Source: an uncultured delta proteobacterium
GTDB lineage: Bacteria > Desulfobacterota > Binatia > UBA9968
Length of the DNA: 64,000 nucleotides
Assembly: GCA_963745035.1 (NCBI GenBank)
Contig: CAVUVW010000011.1
Span: forward strand, 128,001-192,000
Reading direction: 5' to 3'
The translations under genes and the position numbers were made by a program. The notes under the pieces were generated by a model. The model saw nothing but the letters and a program-made list of their open reading frames with translations. It made no database searches and was not told the origin of the DNA. Positions 20,046 through 29,501 of the stretch are shown piece by piece (position 1 is the stretch's first letter; every line of letters begins with the position of its first letter).

Positions 20046-20113
20046 GATTGAACTGAATTCTCCATCAAACCAATCTTACGTCTCATCCAACTGAAGCGTC
20101 GTTCAGTTCAATC
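20046..20113 (+). repeat. Array repeat, full copy
   Basis: taggattgaactgaa...ttcagttcaatccta, perfect 15-bp IR. Confidence 0.95.
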
Positions 20114-20299
20114 CTACATGGCTGTTTTTGTGATGGTCTGGCCGAATAGGCCGCCGATTCGTTAGGCAGATAAGCTGCCGTGCCGGTCGGCTTTTTAGCG
20201 AAAAACTCTAACGTTGACAATCCAGGTGAGCTGATGGATATTCCACGCAATTTGAACTTTTATTGTCCAAGCTGTCGCCGAGATAAGCCGACCGGCATT

Positions 20300-20340
20300 T
20301 GTCGCCGCCTACGGCGGCGCGGCTCACTTAATAGTTAGAC
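20300..20340 (+). other. attC-like 3' half preceding the methyltransferase gene
   Basis: cgccgcctacggcggcg hairpin, ggctca...GTTAGAC. Confidence 0.5.
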
Positions 20341-20374
20341 CTCATTAACCATCGACACGTTTAGGGAGGCGACT

Positions 20375-21170
20375 ATGGAACCCAACCTGCATACGGATGC
20401 CAATAAGTACCAGGCCGGGATGGGAGGCTGGAGTAAAACTCTTGCTCCTCTATTCATCGAATTTATAGGAGGTATCAAAGAAGGGGATCGGGTGTTAGAT
20501 GTAGGCTGTGGTACGGGTTCACTCACAAACACCATTGCTGATACAACAAAAGCCGCAACAGTTATCGGCATCGACCCTTCAGTAGGCTACTTAGAATATG
20601 CCCGTACACACAATACACGTTCGCACGTTTCCTTTGAAATCGGGGATGCTCAGAAACTTTCCTATGACAATGGCTCTTTCGACTGCTGCGTATCTTCGTT
20701 GATGATTCAATTTGTCTCGGCTGCGGACGCGGCAGCAAGAGAAATGAGGCGCGTCACAAAGAACGCGCGGAACTGTTGCAACTTGTGTATGGGACAACAG
20801 TGGAGGCATGGAGTTAGCCGAAAGATTCTGGGATGCGGCCATTGCAATTGACCCAGAAGCCAAACGAACTGGGAATAGCCGTTATGGATCGCCAAGCGCG
20901 CTTTCAGATTTGTGGAGCGCCGCTGGTTTTGCGAATGTTGAAACAGGACCTCTGGTTATTCCTATGGAGTTTCCTTCCTTCGAGGATTTGTGGCGCATTC
21001 AGTCAGATGCGCAGGGACCGCCTAAACTTTATATCAGCAGTCTGTCTGAGGATCGCCGACAGTTATTGAAGGAGCGACTACGCGCGGACATTCTTGGTAA
21101 TCGCCCTCATGGATCGATTAGCCTTCGTGCAAAGGCTTGGGCAGTGCGTGGGATAGTGCCGGCAGGGTAG
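20375..21170 (+). CDS. Class I SAM methyltransferase (frameshift ~20760)
   Basis: YQAGMGGWS, VLDVGCGTGSL, GIDPS; C-terminus LRAKAWAVRG. Confidence 0.85.
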
Positions 21171-21294
21171 ATTTTCGACGGACTAGTTTGCGCAAATTGG
21201 AGTAGCTGTGATCCATCCATCCTAGTAAACGAAGCGAACGGATAATCTTCTTATCGCTTGGGCGTGGCCGCGTGTCGGTTTCGCATTGTGTGGT

Positions 21295-21351
21295 GTCTAA
21301 CTTTCCGCTTCAAGCCGCCGCATGACGCGCGGGCTGAGCGCGGCGTTAGCG
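21295..21351 (+). other. Integron attC site
   Basis: GTCTAAC-tttccgcttcaagcc...ggctgagcgcggc-GTTAGCG. Confidence 0.6.
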
Positions 21352-21355
21352 CCAG

Positions 21356-21422
21356 GATTGAACTGAATTCTCCATCAAACCAATCTTACGTCTCATCCAA
21401 CACAAGCGTCGTTCAGTTCAAT
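21356..21422 (+). repeat. Array repeat, full copy (rightmost)
   Basis: gattgaactgaattctccatcaaaccaatcttacgtctcatccaacacaagcgtcgttcagttcaat. Confidence 0.95.
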
Positions 21423-21501
21423 ACCGGAAAAAAATTCTCCTTAAGGCCCACACATTTTCAGGAAATGAGAAAGGGGACATTCTGAAATTAGCCTGTGGGT
21501 C

Positions 21502-22491
21502 TCATCTTTTGTATAGCTGCTTGATAAACCCCGACGCTTCCAGCTCCTGGACCAAGCTCATATCGACGAAACTTTTTGGGTCGGCCGTTGCCGCTTTGGG
21601 TGTGCGTGGGGCGATGTCGTCGAGGAGCGTCTTCACTCCTTCGGCGTTTGGGTAAGGAACCTCTGGGAATGCGCCGTTGTAGGCGCGATAAGCGCGCTCC
21701 AATCCTTCCGGGTCGTTGGTCTTGAGATTCTTGCCGATCAGCGCTTTGGTCTCTTCCTTGTTGGTCTTGATGAAATGGAGCGCTTCGGTGAAGGCGCGGA
21801 CGACTTTGGCAACGAACGGGCGCCGTTCCTTGACGGTCTTCTCGCGCGTGACGACGGCGTTAACGTGGTAGGGAATCTTGAGAGTTCCGATGTCGATCAG
21901 GTCCCTGAAGCCCATCTTCTCGGCTTCGCGCACCAGCGGCTCGGCGAGCAAGGTGAACTGCGTGATGTTGCGCGTGAGCGCCGCGAGACGTTGCGGGTTT
22001 TCCCCGGTGGCAATGATCTTGGTGTCCTTTTCCGGATCGATACCGAAGCGGCGTAGGGCGAGTCGCAAAGTCATGTCCGAAGTGGTGCCGAGGCGATTGA
22101 CGCCGCCGGTCTTGCCCTTGAGCTGTTCGATGCTCGTGATGTCCGCCAGCGATACGATGTGATCGATGAACAGCGGCAAATTGGTCGACACCATGACCGT
22201 GTCCGCGCCGGCCAAACGAGAGGTCACCAACGTCGCCGACGGCGCGATGATGAAATCTACCTCGCCGGTGAGCAGCGCTTGGATGACGATGGTGCTGGCG
22301 CTGATGGCGATCACTTCGGCTTGCAGGCCATTCTTCTTCAGAAAGCCCTTCTGATCGGCGACCCAAATCGGTGTGTTCGACGGCGAGCTTCCCGCCCACG
22401 CGATGCGCATCCGCTCCTGCGCCGAGATTGGTCTTGCGGAAACAAGTGTCAGCAGGGCAATGACAATCAACCAGAACGATGATTTGAGCAT
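21502..22491 (-). CDS. ABC substrate-binding protein, NMT1/THI5/SsuA-like
   Basis: Signal peptide, WVADQKGFLKKNGL, LKGKTGGV, SGFIKQLY. Confidence 0.88.
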   Translation of the reverse strand: MLKSSFWLIVIALLTLVSARPISAQERMRIAWAGSSPSNTPIWVADQKGFLKKNGLQAEVIAISASTIVIQALLTGEVDFIIAPSATLVTSRLAGADTVMVSTNLPLFIDHIVSLADITSIEQLKGKTGGVNRLGTTSDMTLRLALRRFGIDPEKDTKIIATGENPQRLAALTRNITQFTLLAEPLVREAEKMGFRDLIDIGTLKIPYHVNAVVTREKTVKERRPFVAKVVRAFTEALHFIKTNKEETKALIGKNLKTNDPEGLERAYRAYNGAFPEVPYPNAEGVKTLLDDIAPRTPKAATADPKSFVDMSLVQELEASGFIKQLYKR

Positions 22492-22849
22492 GGGCGGGCT
22501 CCCGGACTGCAAAATTGGTATTCCCGGTATCGGACGGCGCAAAATCTAAGCCGGTGGAACGGCTGTGTCAATGGATTTCTTTTTGAATAGTCTTGTGCGT
22601 GTGCTTCGTTCCGTGTCTTGCTCGTCAGCTTTTCACCGAAACCTCGTTGCCGCTCCTTTTGAGCACCAGATTTTTGGATATAACCGAGCATGATGAAATT
22701 CAGATTTGCCTTCTCGGCGCGAACTAGAACATGAGCTGCGTGTTCTATTAATCACTACTAAAGCTTGATAATACGATTTTGCGCGCCGCGTCACGGCGCG
22801 CTCAATCCAAGCTCGGGGTCAATCCTCGCCATTTCGCTCTCAAGACACT

Positions 22850-23926
22850 ATGAATACCTCAAACCCAACCAACTTGCCTGGACTCGAAGACAAGGCTTTT
22901 CTTCTGCTCGTCGTTGCGGTGTCGTTCGCGTTCGCGTGGATTCTCTGGCCGTTCTTCGGCGCGGTTTTGTGGGGAACGATCTTGGCGATCGTCTTCGCGC
23001 CGCTCTGTCGACGGCAGATGAAGTATCTGGGACAGCGTCGCACGCTTGCGGCGCTTGCGACCGTGGTCATCGTCCTGCTCATCGTAATCCTGCCGATCCT
23101 GCTGATCGGCGGGCTATTGGTGCAGGAAGCGATCTCTGTCTACGGAAGATTTTCGTCGGGAGAGCTCAATTTTGGCCGGTATTTTGAGCAAATTTTTAGC
23201 GCAATGCCGGGGTGGATCAGAGATATTTTGGAGCGTTTCGGATTATTGAACCTTAACGCGATGCAAGAAAGATTCTCTACCGCTTTGATGTACGGCGGTC
23301 AGTTCGTCGCGGCCAAGGCCATCAACATCGGCCAGAACACCTTCGACCTGCTCGTGAACCTGTGCATCGTTTTGTACCTGCTTTTTTTTCTGCTGCGCGA
23401 CGGCGATTATCTTACCCGGCGCATCAGGACCGCAATTCCCTTGTATCCGGATCAACAGCGCGAGCTCTTCAATAAGTTCACTACCGTGATACGCGCCACG
23501 GTTAAAGGCAACGTCGTGGTGGCGATCGCGCAGGGCGCGTTGGGCGGCCTGATTTTCTGGTTCTTGGGCGTTCACGCGCCGGTGCTCTGGGCGGTGGTGA
23601 TGGCGTTTCTATCCTTGCTGCCCGCGGTCGGCAGCGCGCTCGTCTGGCTGCCGGTGGCGATTTATTTTTTAGTGACCGGCGCGACGTGGCAGGGCATTGT
23701 TCTCATCGCCTTCGGCGTGCTCGTCATCGGTCTGGTTGATAATGTCCTTCGCCCGATTCTGGTCGGCAAAGACACCAAGATGCCCGACTACGTCGTGCTG
23801 ATCGCCACCCTTGGCGGCATGGCGATTTTCGGTATCAACGGCTTTGTGATCGGCCCGGTGATCGCCGCGATGTTTATGGCCGTGTGGGATATTTTCGCGG
23901 TCTCGAGGGCGCAGCGTCAGGGTTGA
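22850..23926 (+). CDS. AI-2E family transporter
   Basis: LFFLLRDG, DNVLRPILVG, GFVIGPVIAA. Confidence 0.92.
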   Translation: MNTSNPTNLPGLEDKAFLLLVVAVSFAFAWILWPFFGAVLWGTILAIVFAPLCRRQMKYLGQRRTLAALATVVIVLLIVILPILLIGGLLVQEAISVYGRFSSGELNFGRYFEQIFSAMPGWIRDILERFGLLNLNAMQERFSTALMYGGQFVAAKAINIGQNTFDLLVNLCIVLYLLFFLLRDGDYLTRRIRTAIPLYPDQQRELFNKFTTVIRATVKGNVVVAIAQGALGGLIFWFLGVHAPVLWAVVMAFLSLLPAVGSALVWLPVAIYFLVTGATWQGIVLIAFGVLVIGLVDNVLRPILVGKDTKMPDYVVLIATLGGMAIFGINGFVIGPVIAAMFMAVWDIFAVSRAQRQG

Positions 23927-24009
23927 GATGTACGGTTCGAAAGCCTCACCACAAATAAAAAGCCTATTCGCGCGACTCTGCAAACGCGAAGCCGTCGACG
24001 ACCGACCGT

Positions 24010-24843
24010 CTAGGCAGTTTGCCGTCGAATAAACGCAGTGATCGTGTCGATTACGCGCATCGTTTCCGGCTCGCTGGGCGAGGGCACCATGCGGTGCTCG
24101 GGCAAGCCATCAAAGGTGTGCGCCTCGATCGGGCCGCCGCGCTTTTTATAAGACGCGATGAAGCGCTCCTGCATTTCCAGCGGATGGTTCTTGTCATTCG
24201 CCTTCAGCAGCATGAGGATCGGCGGCAAGTTGATCGGCTCGTTCTGCTCGACGATTGTCTGCGGGCTGCCTTCGGCCATCGCTGCTTCCGTGCGCCAGTA
24301 GTCGATGTGCGCTTTGATGTGTTCCTGGCGGTCGAATTCCTTGGCGAAGCGGAAGCGATAGAGCGGGCAGATCACCGGCCAGCCGGCGATCACGTAAGCC
24401 AGACTGGCGTCAAGCTCAGGATGATCGGGCAGCGCCAGCGCCGAATAGGCGGGATGCCGCGGCCGCATCGCGCTCAGCACGACTTGATGTCCGCCGCTGG
24501 AATTACCAAAGGCGCCGACGGTCGTCGTTCCTTTGAATTCCTCGGCATGCGCCTTGAGCCAGCGCGTCGCCAGATTCACGTCGCAGATCGAAGCGGGATA
24601 ACCAGCCTCCGGCGGCTGGCGGAAGTCGACGGCTGCGACGACGATTCCTCTGGCCGCCAGTGCTCGATCGATGCCGGCGTTGTTCGTTCGGTCGCCGTTG
24701 TGCCACGCGCCGCCGTGCACGTCGACGATCGTCGGGAACGGCCCCGCTCCTCTAGGTTGGTAGATACGCGCCAGCCAAGGCTTGTCTCCCTGGCGCTGAT
24801 ACTCGACGTCGCGCTCGTCTACTTCGTATTTGGTGTTATCCAT
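24010..24843 (-). CDS. Alpha/beta hydrolase (HSL-like)
   Basis: HGGAW oxyanion motif and GNSSGG nucleophile elbow. Confidence 0.88.
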   Translation of the reverse strand: MDNTKYEVDERDVEYQRQGDKPWLARIYQPRGAGPFPTIVDVHGGAWHNGDRTNNAGIDRALAARGIVVAAVDFRQPPEAGYPASICDVNLATRWLKAHAEEFKGTTTVGAFGNSSGGHQVVLSAMRPRHPAYSALALPDHPELDASLAYVIAGWPVICPLYRFRFAKEFDRQEHIKAHIDYWRTEAAMAEGSPQTIVEQNEPINLPPILMLLKANDKNHPLEMQERFIASYKKRGGPIEAHTFDGLPEHRMVPSPSEPETMRVIDTITAFIRRQTA

Positions 24844-25164
24844 GGCGCCAATCTAGTAGACGCGAGGGTCACTGTGCAAGCTCCGGCTATAACGAAGTCT
24901 CAAGAACGGAACAGTCGAACCTGCCGAGGTACCAAGGTCAGGAAACACTCGGTCGCCACTGCCGCCGATCCACAACTTTCAAGCCCGGTTATACCGAGAC
25001 TTCTGCGCCTTCTGCTGTCCTGATTCCGCCTACAACTCCGACTTTACCGCGCATCAAAGATCTTGAAAAATGGGCAATCGGCGGCCGGTATCGTTCTTGC
25101 TCAATTTTGAATAGACGTTGGCAAACAGAGTCGCCGCGTGACGAGACTCATCGAAGGAGGAATT

Positions 25165-25698
25165 ATGACAAATCAGAAAAATAGCGCTGGCGAAGTTCAA
25201 CAGGCTATTCGGCAAGGGGCGATAACTCGAGAATACAAAGCGGACCCGGAGAACATCGTTCAGGCCCTGAACGGGCTCCGCTCCACAGAAATTATGAGCT
25301 ATCTGCAATACATGCAGCACCAGTATATGGCCGTCTCGCTGTTATCGCCGGGCATGAAGACGGAATTCGGCGCTCATGCGACCCAGGAGCTGGATCATGC
25401 CAACCGCCTGGCGGATCGGGTGCAGCAGCTCGGCGGGGTGCCGATCTACGACCCCAAAGAAATTTCCTCGAAAGCGGCGAATGTCGGAATCACGCCGGAC
25501 CAGGCGACGACTCTGGCGGAGATGGTTACCGAAGATCTGCTGCTCGAAAGACAGCAGATCGAAGTATACACCGCCTTGATTCGCCAAATCGGCGATCAGG
25601 ATTTGGTAACGCGGCATGTCCTGCTGGGGATTCTCGCGGAGACGGAAAAGCACGCCAGCGAATTGGCGGACTATCTCAAGAGATCTTCCGCCAAATAA
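25165..25698 (+). CDS. Ferritin-like/bacterioferritin domain protein
   Basis: ELDHANRLADRVQQLGG, EDLLLER, ETEKHA. Confidence 0.82.
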   Translation: MTNQKNSAGEVQQAIRQGAITREYKADPENIVQALNGLRSTEIMSYLQYMQHQYMAVSLLSPGMKTEFGAHATQELDHANRLADRVQQLGGVPIYDPKEISSKAANVGITPDQATTLAEMVTEDLLLERQQIEVYTALIRQIGDQDLVTRHVLLGILAETEKHASELADYLKRSSAK

Positions 25699-25943
25699 CA
25701 TGAGTTGACGCGCGTCATTTCGATATCTCATCCAGGTGCAGATGCGCTGGACCGAGCGGTGACTCTGTCGCGACGGTGGTTCATCGCCCAACGCCAGCTA
25801 TGGACGTCTGAGGCTGCTCGCCACTTTCAGGTAAGCCAGCTCATACCATCCCTTGGCCGCCGTGTTCACAGGCTTGATCACGCGCCGGCTTTAAGAGATA
25901 AGAAGGCAGCGCAACGATCGCATCGCCTTGTAGAGATCGAACC

Positions 25944-26666
25944 TTGAGCACGAGAACAGATACCATCAGCGTCATGACCTCCGGCGCCTTTACCGCCGCA
26001 TATCTCGAGCTCATCCCCAAGCTAGAGGAGATGACGAAGAAGAAACTCGTGACCGCGGCGACGTCCATCGGCACCGGCGAGAGCTCGATCCCGAATCGGC
26101 TGCGGCGCGGCGAGCCCGTTGACGTCGTCATCGTCGCGGATGCCGTGCTGGTTGGGTTTATCCACGAGGGCCTGATCGAAGCCGAGAGCCGTACTCCCAT
26201 CGCGCGCTCCGCCATCGGCATGGCGGTGCGCGCCGGAGCGCCAAAGCCGGACTTGAGCTCGGTCGAGGCGCTGAAGCGCGCGCTGTTGGAAGCGAAATCC
26301 ATCGCATACTCTGCCAGCGTCAGCGGCGAATATGTCACCACCGAGCTCTATCAGCGCTTGGGCATAGCCGACCAAGTGATGGGTAAGAGCCGGCTCATCG
26401 GCGGTGGCGAGCGCGTCGGCGCGGTGATCGCGCGCGGCGAGGCGGAGATCGGCTTCCAGCAGATCAGCGAGCTTCTACCCGTGCCCGGCATCGCGCACAT
26501 CACGCCGCTGCCGGCGGAGGTGCAGAAAGTCTCCGTGTTCTCGGCCGGCGTTGCGCAAAGCACCGGCGATGCGGACGCGGCCCGCGCAGTGATTCAATTT
26601 CTGGCTTCCCGCGAAGCTGCCGACGCCATCACAAAAAGTGGGCTCGAGCCGGTGGAAAATCGTTGA
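25944..26666 (+). CDS. ModA-like substrate-binding protein
   Basis: GMAVRAGAPKPD.SSVEALK, GEAEIGFQQISEL. Confidence 0.85.
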   Translation: MSTRTDTISVMTSGAFTAAYLELIPKLEEMTKKKLVTAATSIGTGESSIPNRLRRGEPVDVVIVADAVLVGFIHEGLIEAESRTPIARSAIGMAVRAGAPKPDLSSVEALKRALLEAKSIAYSASVSGEYVTTELYQRLGIADQVMGKSRLIGGGERVGAVIARGEAEIGFQQISELLPVPGIAHITPLPAEVQKVSVFSAGVAQSTGDADAARAVIQFLASREAADAITKSGLEPVENR

Positions 26667-26961
26667 AGCCTACTTTGCTTGGCGCGCTCAAAGCCTGATC
26701 CGCCTGGTCACAAAAAATTCGCCCATCTTCTCACGGCTCATCCGGCCTGTCACATCTTCGGCGTGTGAGATCGCGATCAACCGCGCTTCGCGCATCGCAC
26801 GCTTGACTGCTTGACTGCTGTGTAAGCTTCTGGCCAAGGCGGTCGAACACAACTCGCTTCCACCGCCTCTTCGTGTTAGTTTGGGCACGCTTTGCAGTCC
26901 TCGCCTCGTCCGCAGCTCGACAGGCCCGCGCAAAGAATCGATTCGGCAATTTTCTTTCCCA

Positions 26962-28149
26962 ATGACCGTGGAAAAATCTCCGCCGCTTTGGACGCCGGCA
27001 TTTGTCCTGCTGTGCGGCGCGCAGTTTTTTGGCTCGGCGCAGCACGCCCTGCTGCAACCCACTTTTCCGCTTTACATCACCGCGCTCGGAGGAACACCGT
27101 TTCAGGTCGGCTTGGTGCTTGCCTGCTTCGCGGTGACAAGCGTCGTCTTTCGTCCGCTTATCGGCGGCTGGGCCGACCAATGGTCCGAGGCCGGAGTGTC
27201 GGTTTGCGGCCTGTCACTGCTGTCGCTCGCGGTGCTGATCTGTTTCATCCCGCATCCCGAAGCGACCATGTTCGCCAATGCGCTGCGCGGCATCGGCTGG
27301 GCGGCGATGAGCGCCGCCGGTTATTCCTTGCTCGCGCTGAGCGCGCCGCCGCACCGCCGCGGCGAGGCATCAGGTTACTATAGCGGCGTGCAGGCGAGCG
27401 GCACAATCCTGCTTTCCCGCTGTCGCGCTGTGGCTCATCGACGCGCCTTTCGGCGGTTTCGATGTGGTTTTCACCGCAGCCATTGCTTTCGCTGCGCTCG
27501 GCGCCGCCATTAGCGCGCAACTCTTCCGGCGCGGCGCCTAAGAAAATTCACCAGAGCCGAATCGTCGCGGAGACGGGGCCTTGGTGGCAGGAAATTTTGA
27601 ATGTCCTGGATCGCGAGATCATTCTCGCCTCGGTGCTTTCGTTCGGCTCCCATGTGACTTTCCCTGCGGTGGCGAGTTTTTTGGTGCTCTATGCGCGCGA
27701 GCTCGGCATCGACAACATCGGTTGGTTCTACGTCGTAAGCGGCATCACCAGCATCCTCTGCTCGTCCGCTGTTGGGCAAGGTTTCCGACAGGATCGGCCG
27801 GCGCCGCGCCTTGCTCGCGTGTTTTGTTCTCCAAACTATCGCACTACTGACGCTCGCCTATGCTTCCGAGCTCATCGCTTTGATGATTTCAGGCGCGCTC
27901 TATATGGTGGGATTGGCCATGAGCAGCTCGACCACCTTGGCCATCGCCATGGAGCAGGCCAAACCCGAACGACGAGGCGAGCCATGGCGACGTTCTCCAT
28001 CGCCTTGCCTCTAAGCAACGGCGTCGGCGCGCTTGATCTGCGGCAGTTTGGTGCAATCGATCGGCTTTTTTTGGATGTATCTTGTCGCCGCGGGCATTGC
28101 CGCCGGCGGTTTGCTGGTTACGATGGCCAACCGTGCGCGCCTGAAGTAG
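26962..28149 (+). CDS. MFS transporter 1 (several frameshifts)
   Basis: LWTPAF..PTFPLYI..RRGEASGYY; GKVSDRIGRR. Confidence 0.8.
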
Positions 28150-28303
28150 AGGAGAAAGAATTGCGAGGGCTAATCACCCAATGGCTTAGAGAAAGTTTGT
28201 CCGCTTCGCCAGCACTTTTCTCGATCGTGCTCGTGCGACGTGATCGTGGTCGAGTCCTGACACGAACACGGTCACGAACACGGTGGCCTTCAAGACCGCG
28301 CCC

Positions 28304-29490
28304 ATGACCACCGAGCGCTCCGACACCCTCTGGAACAAAACTTTCCTTCTGCTCTGTAGCGCGCAGTTTCTGGGCTATGCGCAGCATGCCATGCTCTCCC
28401 CGGTTCTGCCTCTCTACGTCACCCAGCTCGGCGGCTCGCCCTTTGTCGTCGGCATGGTGCTCGCGTGCTTCGCAGCGTCAAGCGTCATTGTCCGTCCTTT
28501 AGTCGGTCATTGGTGCGATCGCTGGAGCGAAGCGAAGGTCATGATCTCCGGACTGGTTTTTCAGGGCGCGAGCATTCTTATCTGCTTTATTCCCTTCGTC
28601 AGCATGGCGATGCTCGCCAATGGCCTGCGTGGCATTGGATGGGGCGGGCTCAACACCGGCGGCTACTCGCTGCTCGCCCATATCGCGCCCGAGTCACGCC
28701 GCGGCGAGGCCTCCGGTCTTTACAGCGGCGTGCAAAGCTCGTCGTCGATCTTGTTTCCCGCCTTCGCTCTCTGGTTGCTGCACGCTTCGTTCGGCGGCTT
28801 CGGAGTGGTGTTCGTCGCGACCGCGCTATTTTCTCTCGCTGGCGCAGTGCTCGGCGCGGTCATGACCCTCCAGATGCCGAAGATCGCGCGCTCGAGCGCC
28901 GCTCTCGATCCGGCGCGCCGCTGGTGGCGCGAGATTTTCCGTTTCATCGAGCCGGAGATCTTACTGCCGTCGGTGATGCTCGCCTGGCTGAATATTTCCC
29001 TCCCTTCCATCACCAACTTCAGCGTGCTCTATGCGCAAGAGCTCGGCATCATCGACTTCGGACCGTTTTTTATTGTCATCGGCTTCACGAGCTTGCTCGG
29101 CCGGCCCATGCTCGGGCGGCTTTCCGACAAAATCGGCCGCGAATCTATCGGTCGGCGTCGGTTTCGGTCTGCAACTCGTAAGCCTGCTCCTGATCGCCTT
29201 CGTGTCCAATCTCGTCGGCATGATCGTGTGCGGCACGCTCTACATGCTCGGCAACGCGATCGGCAGCTCGACGACCCTGGCGCTGGCAGTCGAGCGCGCC
29301 GCATCCGCAGCGCCGCGGCAAGCAAATGGCGAGTTTCTCCGTCGCCTATCCGTTGAGCTACGGCATCGGTTCATTGATCGTCGGCAGCGCGGTGGAAGCG
29401 GCGGGTTATGCGGGCATGTTCTACATCATGGCCGCGATTCAGGCATTGGGCTTGATCTTCGTCGTAATCAAAGCGGACAGACTGCGCTGA
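28304..29490 (+). CDS. MFS transporter 2 (frameshifted)
   Basis: LWNKTF..PLYV..RRGEASG; GRLSDKIGR. Confidence 0.8.
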
Positions 29491-29501
29491 GAAAACCAGC
29501 G

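Noticed and set aside
6811-20116. TA target-site duplication (IS630/mariner-type MITE) around the repeat
   Set aside because: TA flanks occur on both sides only for copies 6813 and 20046, and no DDE transposase is present. Kept only as an alternative hypothesis.
559-21422. Repeat array as CRISPR
   Set aside because: Spacing is 0.1-4.5 kb and irregular, repeats are ~68 bp with variable cores, and there are no cas genes.
17146-21485. Short ORFs containing ARIELNSPS (17146, 18263, 21258; also 1646, 14533)
   Set aside because: These are translations of the DNA repeat, not a protein family.
24019-25023. Long antisense ORFs (24019-25023, 30818-31969, 40826-41746, 52804-53676, 55464-56561)
   Set aside because: Shadow frames of well-supported genes in GC-rich DNA.
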